Source: Trichoplax adhaerens
Taxonomy: Eukaryota > Animalia > Placozoa
DNA length: 64,000 nucleotides
Assembly (NCBI RefSeq): GCF_000150275.1
Contig: NW_002060957.1
Coordinates: 1 to 64,000, forward strand
Direction of reading: 5' to 3'
Position numbers and translations under genes: made by a program. This document shows positions 1-11,153 of this stretch, in pieces. Each line of letters begins with the position of its first letter. Positions within the stretch are counted from its first letter, which is position 1. Under the pieces are notes generated by a model that did not search any database, had not been told where the DNA came from, and saw nothing but the letters and a program-made list of their open reading frames with translations.

Positions 1-3000
1 GATTTAATCATTGACATAACTTTAAGAATTGGTTAATAGCAAAATGCAATGAAATTTTTTTACCTTATGTATTGACTAGAGATATATAGCAATCCACTTG
101 CTTTCAGTTAGATAGCAGAACGGGAGCAGCTCTTATTTAATGACATTGGAAATGCAAGAAACACGCAGGCTTTCAGATCTGTCGAAAAGATTCTTAATTG
201 ATAATTAACAATAACAGTATAATTTAAGTAGAGACTAAACTGAAATTAAAACTGAAAGCAATTTGCTATTATACATCCTTAAGAAGTTGTAAGCTAGCTT
301 AGGTACGATATCTGTAAGAGTATATCTCGTAACAAGATTTGTATCTGCGGTAGAGTTGTTTAAAATTTACAATTTATTTTACACTTAAATGGAACATGTA
401 ATCGTTTATTTTTCGTCAGCGAAAGTCTATGCTATTACAATAAAGTTAATCTTCTTGCTTTAATCCTATAACTTAGTTACAAATTTAGTGGATGCTTTAT
501 CTATGGAGAGAATACTGCATTTTAATGCAATTTTTTTCGCCTGTAAAATTCATTCAATTCAACTAATTTTTGTGCATGATGAACGGTGGCTAAAACTGTG
601 ACATATATTATTTTGTTGTTACTGTAGCTTGGCATACAACCCTCGATTTAAGATTCGATATTTAAATTTTTACGTATAGTATTCGCAAGTAATGACTAGT
701 TAATGGCAAGCTATGCGCTTTTAATTCGCCTTCGTAGAAGATTAACGAGTCGGTTATTTTCTCGATTTCTTTTCGCAGTCATCGTAGTACTATCATCGTC
801 TATTAAAATTAAAATTTAGAAAAGTAGCATAGAAATATTTGAATCATTATTCCTTTAAATTATTACACTTTTGCTTTAGTGATCACCGTCCTTTATTTTG
901 GATGTAGGAGTATCGTAACCCCAAATTTTAAGCTAGTAAAGGTAGTCATCGATGACTTTACTATTCACAACTGCTATTGTCGGTTTACTAATTCGTTGGA
1001 TTAAGCAGATCTATCATACGCAATGATTTCAGCTAATTACAGTAGTGATGTGTGTTAAAGTGTACTAGTAAGATAAATTAAAGCATTATCCGAGGTAAAA
1101 CTGATCGATGTGCTTAATAAAGCAATTTTCGTACATAACGACTAGTATTATGAAACGCTAGATTTGTACTATTCTAGTGTAAAAATTTGTTAAGAGAGTA
1201 CTACTTGTATATATAGCGAAGAATTGAATAGGACTTTTATAGTATCATGTTATCTATTAGCGATTATAGCATGTATTATATCACTTATTTTATAGTATAC
1301 ATATGAAGTTTAAAAGTTTCTTGATTTTAACCTACAGTTATATACTTTCCTACCGGTAGAAGCATTTGGAATTATATTATCAACTACACTGCTTACAGTA
1401 CCGTATGCCTGTATTTGAAAATATATTATTACAGTGGACTGTAGTAAGATAGCAATTCTATTATCGCTACCATGGATTGGAAAGCTAACATTAATTTACG
1501 ATAGCTCTAGCCACAATCTCGAAATAAATAGGCCTACTAGCATCTTATTTTTGTTTACAGTGGTTAATAATTAGATAACTGCGAATCTCCGCTGCACTAT
1601 CAATACCGCACCTGAGTATATGTTCTATTAGCATCAAGATAAATTGAAAGGTTGTCACTAGTTTACGATAGTTATGCTATATCTCTGAATAGAGATTCAC
1701 AATTAACTCCTTGTTTTGCTGATAGTTTATAAGATGTTTCAATTAGTATTCAAATTACAGTAAGTAGTTTCGTTCATGGCTTAGAATGCCAGTAACTGGT
1801 GCTTATTCAATATTAAACTCTAGTTAGTATCTTTACCAGTTAGAGTATCTCCTACTATATACAGATACTTTGTAAAGCAGAGCTTATTTCTCTATCACAT
1901 TTCAAAGACTATCGATCTCTTCGTTTTCTATCCCATCGAAGAAAGCATTTAGTGTAAATCAGTAGCCGCAACTACAGTTTTACAAAGGAGAAAATAATTC
2001 TATTTGAGTAAACTTCTATTTCTTTTTTAAATATATCAATTGATGCTCAAAATATAGCTTACTACATGACAAGAATCATAAGCAGAGATTTTATATAAAA
2101 TGGCAGGGCTAATATCTAATGCTGACAAAACCGATTTCTTGCTTTGCGCTGATTGCTCAATAAGCATACTGCTAACTTATTTCTCCCATTCCATCCTGAT
2201 GACCATTGATGTCTTTACTCTCCATCTTTGTCTTGACCAGAGCTAGTGCTCAGTGCAGATCAGTAGCCGTACTTACAATTTTAGAAAGAAAATTAATTTT
2301 GTTTGAGTGTCCCTGTTTCTTTTAGACATGTTTACTTATGAATGAAAAATGGCTATCAACATACAAAAGATTCTGTAAAATAACGAAATCAATGACAGAG
2401 ATCAGTTAAGGGTATTTAGTACCACGAGATCTTAATCAATCTTCAAGAGTCTCTTTTTTATCAGCATGTGTAAAGTGAAAATCATATGATATAACTCTTG
2501 AATTAACATGTGCTATTCTTTTACATTCTCATATCGATGCTTCCTTACTTTATCTATTCGACCCATTCCATTTGGATCAATCTATATCTAATTTTTAGGC
2601 ATTAAATGACTGCATTCAAATATGCAACATCAGTACTTCAAGATATGTACAAGATAATCGAGTTCAATATTGCATCTAGAACTCATAGGACAGGATATTC
2701 TCTGATATTCTTATACTAAACCACTGTTTTTAATAACTATAGATTTATCATACAAAATATCTGATATAAATAGACATGGTCTATAATTTGTCTTATCTAC
2801 ATGAAAAGATTTCTTATTATATACAATAGTGTAATGAAATGTAAAATATAGAGATCAAGCTAGATAGATCATCTATCTCAAGCTACAAAACTTTTAACAA
2901 ACTTTGATTCTGCTTTCGTGGCACTCTGGTTGACTTAACGAAACTTTGAAACCAAGTAAAAATTTGGGGAAACAACCGAACAACAATTTATTACAAATCT

Positions 3001-3297
3001 GAGAGAGATAGATCAAACAACCTTTCAGATACTTAATTCTAAGTATTGCAAATGAAGAAATAAAAAGCGACGGAACTGAAACCGTCAACAACCAAACAAC
3101 CTAATAAAAAGAAGAACATTTTCACTTACAACCCTGAAGGCCTTTAAAATTCTAAAAGTCCTTCAGAAGAATCTTCTTTTACTCTCTACTCTAAATTTCC
3201 TGATTGCACTATCGTTTATAGGCTTTGTAGAGCCCTCAGTAGTATTTAAACCTAAACATTTACCAACCAATCACTCTTAAAATCAATTTTAGAAAAG

Positions 3298-4607
3298 TAC
3301 TTAAGAAAACAAAATCATTCAAAGTGCAGACTCAATTTACCTTATGATTTCCTTACAAAACACTATAAAACCCACAAGCTAACTATGAAATGTAGTAAAG
3401 GACTAAAAGTAGAGTCCTTTATAACGTTTAGTATGTAACTAGTATTATTTTACTAGAGAAAATACCTAGAAAGTGATACTGTCTTTAAGTTTTACCCTGC
3501 CAAATCATCATGTCGCCATCTTTTCTTCTTCATTAGTTTACAAGGTATTGTATAGATTACTATAGAAGTAGCCCTAGAGCAATTGCCTAATCTAAAGAAA
3601 GGGCGTTTGATCGTCTATTCAAATTGTAAAGGAACTTGACTTAATAACAAAACCCTATCCTTAGAGAAAGGGGAATTATAACATGACGGTAAAGTACTGT
3701 AATGTAGTCTATAATCGTACAGTTACAGTATAATCTGACGCTAAAACATCAACTGTCAATACTCAGCGATACTAATGTCAGAAAGTAGTCGTGATAGTCA
3801 TATAAAATTTTTTGATAAGCGATATAGCGATTACTGTGATCTTTGTAAAATCCGGATTTTTCGGGATTCGGATTCCGGAACCGGTCGGACTTATGTCCGA
3901 TATAATTTTCCTGTTTTAATTTTTGGATTTTTGTTCATGGAAAATATCGTAAGAGTTGATTTTTGAAATTTGAACTTTTTGTTATGAATTTGAAACTTTG
4001 GAATTTTATGACGTGACATGAAAGTCACATTAGGAAAGTTTAGTTAGGAAAATAGAAAATAAGATGGAAATTGGCAGAGGTTGTGTTGATTGTTAAGTAG
4101 TTAGACTGTTATTTTTATGACTAAATCTTGATGTTTAAAGGTTAGTTTTTAGACTTTTATAGTGCATTAATGATAGAAATTATGTTAGAAGTGAAGTTTG
4201 ATGTATTTTATAGTTAACTTGTTTGGTTTTATAGAGTTTTGTAAGGGAATCGTAGTGTAATAATTTAGCTTAATTTTGCTAAGATACACGAAGGTTGGTG
4301 ACACTTTGAACCAAGATAGAGATTAGGGGAACAACACCAGTTTATTTAATATATTTTACTTTATAAATTAAAAAGCCGTTTAAGTGAGTCTTGCAATAGG
4401 TATAACATTATACTGTCTGACACAATCCTTCCACTATCATCTACACTAATTTGGATATTACTTGCAAGTCCTACACTAAAATCTTAAATCATCTTACAAT
4501 ACATTACTAAATAAAGAAATATTCTATGAAGGAGAATACTAAATATTAACCTTTATTACAATAGGGTAAATTGTGTCTAAACTTTGAATGATTTTTGTTT
4601 TCTTAAA
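3298..4607. mobile_element. Degenerate foldback/MITE-like element with long imperfect inverted arms
   Basis: 3298-3345 (TTAAGAAAACAAAATCATTCAAAGT..CAATTTACC) is the reverse complement of 4561-4607. 3338-3394 is the reverse complement of ~4203-4260. There is a GC-rich, palindrome-rich core at ~3850-3900 and no coding capacity. No TSD was identified. Confidence 0.45.
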
Positions 4608-5677
4608 TGGTGCAAAGTAGTATACTCGATCTGACTTTACTTGCGACATTGAAAATATTTGGAAGGATAAATTATTTATCATAGTTAATACAGCACTCAG
4701 CTAGATTTACTTTTGCTGCTGAAATTCGCTTAAATTGTAACTGTTATTCAATCCCCATATATTCAGTACCCTTGTTGTATAAGTGAAAATGACGACCAAT
4801 CCTTATTTATTTATCGGCTTAGAAGTAGTCATCGATATTGTATTATAATGATAATCAGTAGTAATGCATAGAGTGTGATTCGGGATTAATGGTAATGAAT
4901 GCATACTGTATATGTAAGATAAAATACAAAAGATGGATCAAATAGATAAAATATAAAAACATCTATGAAGACGCATCATTTAGATTTCACTGTTATTTGT
5001 TATGTAATTTTAATAGCAAAGTTTTGTAATACGAAACATCTCACTATTTTCCTACTGTAACAATTACATCAGTCCCTTTTTTCCGCAAAAAGAGGGTTCT
5101 TGCTACACCTTGTACTTATGTTAAGCTAAGTGATATCCCAATGTTTTAATCATACTTTAGTATAATCTATAATGGATATGCTGTTGAGAATATGCACTAA
5201 TCATTTATACATATAATATACAGTATATTTTAATTACTCTTATATAATCTACAATGTTTAGAAGTTAAATTTGTTTGAGATCACCTTCACTTCTACTTGA
5301 AATGCACTACATTACTAATATAATGTTAATTAATTATCGCCTTGCTACGGTATCTTGTTGTGTTGATATTCAGTGCATTACTCGTATACTTGGATATTTT
5401 TCATGATTTTTGGATACTATTTCTCTAGTCGAGAAAGGATGCGATGTTCATTAATGATTTAATACTTTAGTTCTGTGCGCTTTATTAGCAGCACAGTTGT
5501 TATTGCTATAAGCACGATGGAAAAGACAAATTGGCTGCTGCCACTATAACATTTTTATGCATTTCGTGAACCCAGTAGAACGTGATCCGTCTAATTTGTC
5601 TATGGTTCAACTGAATTAAACAGAAACAAATTCTCGTTTTAGTTTATTATGCTAACAGTTATTGTATTGCTTTAAAG

Positions 5678-7829
5678 ATCCATATAAAGAGATGAGGGTA
5701 CAACCCTCTAAAGTTTATGTGTGGGGAAGTAAACGGAATTTACTCTTGGCGGCAGATGAAAAGGTAAGGCAATATACGTATGATTAGAATCAGAGACTTA
5801 GGGCTTATCAAGTATGATAAAATGCCTGTAAGCACGTATTTGCAATCATTATGACAGTAGTCTAGAATTCTATTCAGGGTCTAATTAATAACTAATTACG
5901 GTAGTAGGCATTCGTTATTTACTGTGATGCATATATTAAAGATTTTCCAAGTTGTGTTACCCTATACGAACGTCATCGTACTTTTACTTTTTCCATTTCT
6001 CATAACATGACAGTCGTATTTCCAAGCACTATAATTTGGATCTCCAAGAGATTTTCGCAGTTCACTTTGTCTACTAGAAAATGTGATTATTGACGGGTAT
6101 TTAATTTAATATACGTAGAAGCACATCCCATATTGGGATTTGAAGAATAATTGTAGTAAGGGCAATTAGAGAAGATTGAATCGGTAGCTAATATATGACT
6201 TGGGATTTTAATTGACAGAATCCGCTCGAACCTGATAAAAGTAAGCTACTAGAAAATCTGGATCCATCTGATATCGCTTGTGGATATGACTCCTTGTTTG
6301 TTGTTTCGAGAAATGGTGGCGTTTTTGCTTGTGGTAAAGGGCATATGGGTTGTCTAGGTTTAGGAAACTGCGATGATGTTAATATACCTAGACAGATTCC
6401 CCAACTTTTACCAGTGATGGTAACCACGGTCGCTATTCATCCAGGTGGCAGACATGCAATGGCTCTAACAGCCGAAGGTATAGTTTATTCGTGGGGTTGC
6501 GGTGATCGCGGTCAACTCGGCCATGGAAATACGCTGTAAGAAGCAAAAGATACCATTTCTTATAATTTGTCGCTTCGATATTCGATAATTTATTATATGT
6601 GTATAACGTTGTTTAATTCTAATTCGGCGAGTAAGCTAAAGATAATAGTTATCCAATTCTGTTTTATTAATGTATCCTTTTCCGTGCTTTCTTGGTTATT
6701 GTTAGAGGATATCTGGACCCTACATTGATTGATGAGTTAAAATCAAAGGAAGTTACGAAAATTGCCTGTGGAGCAATGCATAGTATAGCCGTGCTATCGG
6801 ATGGTAAAATATTTAGTTGGGGAGATGGTTCAAACGGAGCATGTGTTCATGGGAATAACCTGGCGCAATTACTACCGAAGGTAAATATTAATCGCTTAAA
6901 TAACAAGAAAATTTTCCTGGTATTTTATTTGCCATTAACTCCTTGTAGCTTACTTTGTCTAAATTATTGATTTGATTTCTTCTTCGTTTTCACTTTGCAA
7001 AAGATAATGTCGTTAAACGGTAAGCATATCATGGCTGTTGCTTGCGGAGAATGTTATACTATCGCGGTAGCTGGTGATGATGTTTGGTCGTGGGGCCATG
7101 GTGGTAATGGCGAATTAGGCTATGGAGTCAAAATGCCATCATACTGTATGCCTACAAAAATTGAAGCCCTCTTCTTTAAAGGTATAACAAATGTTGCTTG
7201 CGGCTATGCAACATCTTTTGCAGTGAGTGCGACTGGGAAGGTTTGGGCGTGGTACGTTATCTATTAACCAGATCTGACCATAATTGCAGTCAATCCTGTT
7301 TTATTTAGACGTTAACGTTCGCCTACTTTATCAAGAAAGAAAGAATATAAGTTCAACGTGACAGAACAGTATGTTATTTTTAGCAGGGGTTCTGGCGATC
7401 GCTTTAGGCTAGGACTTGGAAATGAAAAAGTAATTATAAAGCCTAGGCAAATTCAAGGTGATTTAAAGGGTGAAAAATCAAAAAGTAGTGGCTAGCTTGT
7501 TCCATGCGTTGGCTATAGATGAAAATGGACAGGTAAATCAACTATGTTATAGTCATGACAGAAACACAAAAGCTTTAATTAGCTATCAGAATGCATGCGG
7601 AAATAAAATAAATCTCGAATACCTCATCCATCTACTAACATTTCTTATCGTTTAATTTCTACCTGAATTTTGCTACATATTGTAGGTTTACATTTGGGGT
7701 AGTCAAGAAATTGGGCCGGTAGGAAATGATGAAGATGCGGTTAATAAACAACTCAAGAGCTTTAATTTGGTCAATAAGAAAATATCTAATATAGCTTGTG
7801 GTAATGAAATCTCGATAGCCTGGACATAA
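5678..7829 (+). pseudogene. RCC1-repeat (HERC2 RLD-like) pseudogene; paralogue of 37945-41728 lacking the CARD exon
   Basis: The same six RCC1 exons as the right copy are present. A net 2-nt deletion in the fifth (GGTGAAAAATCAAAAAGTAGTGGCTAG) gives a stop at 7493-7495. GALGHG has become GACVHG. The upstream CARD/ATG exon is absent. Confidence 0.85.
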
Positions 7830-10042
7830 GGCTTGTTACAGCTCTATAAAATACACACATTTGCCACTTAGCGTTAAAATATGAGTATTTTGCGGATAAA
7901 GCTTGAAAATAAGAAGTAAATATTAACAGTATATTGGTATTTGTTTAGAAATAACACCAAATTTGCGTTAGTAAAAATGATCTCATAATAATCAAATATT
8001 ACAAATCTAACAAGAAGCAAGAGCAGTGCATTTTGAGCTCTGTGTTAAGTATGTAAGAATACAGTAACCTGTTGTACTGCGCCTAACTTGTTAGCATAAG
8101 ATAATATTAACGAATACAAGGTAGTATTACAGAAAGGACACTTTTTAACTATGATCCTGCATAATTTGCAGGAAACATTACTTTGAAAAAAGCGATATTA
8201 AATAAATCATGACTTAGACATAACAAGATAGTCCATGACAAAGGATTAATCACTAAAACAACCGTATAATATGATAAATACTTGATTTACATTAATCAAT
8301 TTGTATGACAAATTCAGGAAGGGGTTCGATAGTAGTACTTCTGTTAATGCAAAAATAATCGCATTGATTTCAAACTCTTGTATAAAGGACAGCTGATGTG
8401 ATAAAAGTTTATGAAAATTTTTGCATATCTAATTAACGCAGTATACTTTCAAAATTGCAGCAACAGAAGTACGATTGTAGCTATCAGGCTACCTACTAAT
8501 CGATAGACCCTGTACAGTAATGTAGTACTCGTTCATTACGAAGGTGATACCGCTAATGGGTAAGCAGAAGTATAAAACAAGCAAGTAAAGCGTATCTTTC
8601 ACAAATTAACCAATTTTTTTTAACACAACGAATCTATTTCAAACTGTGATACGTCAGATCTTGTAGCAATAATGGAAACTTGTAGACTGGAATAGGTTTC
8701 AAAACAGTGAATAGCTATTCATGATACATTCGAGTGTATCATGTAGCTGAGAATCAACCTACAAACTTTATACACAGACACTGCTTTATCTTAGCGCTAC
8801 GATACTAAAAATTAGGATATTAAAAATGGTCAATTTATAAATAAAAAGTCGCTCCTACCACTGCATTGCCAATATCCTGCAGAAAGTCGTGATAAATACT
8901 TTATGTTAATAATATAAATAGATTGCAGCAATACTAGTGGCTAACCATTAATTGAAATTGGCCATACCAATCATGGTACCGTACAATAGGAGAGAGGGTT
9001 AAATCATTCGTTACGTTATCACTACCATCTAATTCCTCATCTTCTATTATAGAGTAACTTAAAAATATGCCATGCGATCAAAATTTTACTTGTTTTAATG
9101 GATGGCATGCAATACGCCTTCTGGCTTGACTGCATTTAACGATTTAGCATAAACATGTAGATATCAATATCATTAGGAACTACACACCATAACTGTAGAG
9201 ATCACTTTGTGACCAAATTTGATACCATATTCTTTCCACCATTGACAGTTTCAACCTAGCCGTAACTTGATATCTCTACAGATGTGACGGTAACATCATC
9301 ACAAACGATTTCCGTCAACGGAAAATTTGGTGTAGGCTTAATTGCCAGATGTTTTGAGCTCCTATAACGCTCCATTTCGTACTCATCGTCACTTGATCGT
9401 AGCAACTCTAGCAAATCGTTTCTTGTATATTTTGATCTATTAGCCAATCGCTAGCGATTAGTACAAAGGTCCACAAGGTTGATAGAAATTATACAACGTA
9501 TCAGTTATCATTGACAACGTGATAAAAGTGATGGTATCGTCAAAAAACGGATGTTGCTATAATGCTGTAGTGGCATGAGTCAGCGTAGTTTTAATCATCA
9601 GTTCGCAAAGGTATTCATTCGATTACCTTCCGTTCTGATTAGCACCAAGAGAAACGTGAAATGAATAAAATATACCTCCTCTATTAAGACATCACTATTG
9701 ATAATAACATCAGGAGTATTTTAATATTAGATTTGCTAGGACGATACTGCGCAATGCCATTCTTTTGCGTCGAATACTGCAGGATTAAACTTTTTAGCTT
9801 TGACGAAATTTTCTCATCTGTTTCTTACAAAAAATATCACTTTTAAATTACTCTTTATCCAAGCCTTTTATTTGAGCTCATCGTATTGTATTTCAATAAT
9901 TTCAATCGTAACTAACTCCTTTGATATTAAGATGTCCATCTGGTAGGAAATTAAATCGTCGTCATTATATATACAATAATTCAGTAGCAAAAATTACTAG
10001 AACCATTTACGTCGTATTACCTACCGCTGACGTTCGTTGGAG

Positions 10043-10835
10043 CTAGCGCATACGCTTTTTCGCATTAGCATCCAAAATATTACATAATTCATGAACTCTT
10101 TGAGCTAATTTCTTTTCATTTTCTAACATTTTAACAATTTCAGCATGGTCGTGCTGTAATAGCATACCAGCTACAATACTGGCTCGCTCATTGCCACATA
10201 TTTCTGTAACCATTAAATATAAATTGTTACTTAACATTTGTTTCCGTTCTATTAATCGATAAGAGTCCATATTTTGTGTCATCATGCCATGAGGATAGTG
10301 TGCAACTTGCGCTAAAGGTGCAGGTTTACCACTTAGAAGTATTTAGCGTGGCGGTTGATGAAGTCTGATGACCGTTGCTTGAGGAGGTAAAGGTGGCGGT
10401 GCTGGTTGTCCTAAATTGGATGTCGTTGATAGATGGCTATGGCGGTTAGGGTGAGCTTTCATCATTTATCCAGCAGCTGGTATGGCTGCACCTGGTGCTA
10501 TAGAGTAATTGGCTGGAATAACAGCATCTGTAGGAATTTGTTGGGATGCTGTTGCCAGTGAAGTAAACGATGCTGTGTTAATCGTTGATGCGCAGGAGGT
10601 GGAGGAGGCAGAGCAGGAACAGGTGTGGCTATTGGTACATAAAATTTGGGAGGTTGTTGTTGAATAGGTTGAGGCGATAGTACATTACTAGCATAGCCAC
10701 TGGGCTGTTGATAGGGAGGATTTGGTGAAGCTTGCTGTGTTGGTGGTGGTTGTTGTAGTAGTGGAGGCGGCGGTTGTTGTTGCTGCGATTGTACCTGAGA
10801 TTGCGTTGGTAAAGGTTGTTGTTGTGTCTGATTAG
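10043..10835 (-). pseudogene. PABP linker+MLLE pseudogene; paralogue of 45198-46301
   Basis: Aligns to 45198-45988. It has two CAA>TAA nonsense changes (~10345, ~10467) and a 1-nt deletion (~10545). It is cut off at 10835, so RRM4 and the start codon are lost. Confidence 0.92.
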
Positions 10836-11153
10836 TCCCTGAGATAGTTAAAGCTCTTGCAGATGCCGGCAGGCCAGATATTACTGTTATTGTGGATGGT
10901 GTAGTACCTCCTAAAGATTACGATAAGTTATACGAGAGTGGAGCCAAGAGCGTGTTTGGACCAGGTATAGACGAAAATAAGTTGTCAATAAATTTTCGTT
11001 TAAATCATGTTAGGAATATCATTGTAATTCGTTGGTAGTCTTACTTAAATGGAATCTGCTTATATTTTTTTAGGGACAAGAATACCAGATGCAGCTTTGA
11101 AAGTTATTGATGATATTGAATGGTCTATTGAAAGAAAAGCCGAGACTATATAA
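10832..11153 (+). pseudogene. MMUT: Orphan 3' fragment (last two exons) of methylmalonyl-CoA mutase, end of the B12-binding domain
   Basis: Exon 10832-10964 reads LVPEIVKALADAGRPDITVIVDGVVPPKDYDKLYESGAKSVFGP. A GT-AG intron follows at 10965-11073. Exon 11074-11153 reads (G)TRIPDAALKVIDDIEWSIERKAETI*. This matches the MUT C-terminus (LVPE..L..LGRPDI.V..GGVIPP.DY..L...G...VFGPGTRIP..A..V.DDIE). No upstream exons are present. Confidence 0.93.

Larger units (their letters stand above)
1..10835. repeat. Segmental duplication, left (degraded) copy; probably extends beyond the window start
   Basis: Near-identical blocks in the same orientation: 1-~1138 = ~30785-31927; ~3391-3814 = ~31930-32354; ~5059-5210 = ~32370-32520; ~5318-8040 = ~39170-41938; ~8102-10835 = ~43157-45988. 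Divergence is a few percent plus large indels. Confidence 0.95.

Noticed and set aside
1950-2330. Degenerate ~300-bp-period direct repeat (ATCAGTAGCCG..TTTGAGT at ~1958 and ~2259)
   Set aside because: Only two short diverged copies, with no interpretable structure.
6188-6427. Minus-strand ORF (also 40083-40322, 45776-46060, 46078-46353, 54856-55059, 62646-62873, 63173-63355, 63554-63814)
   Set aside because: Antisense or off-frame shadows of real exons.
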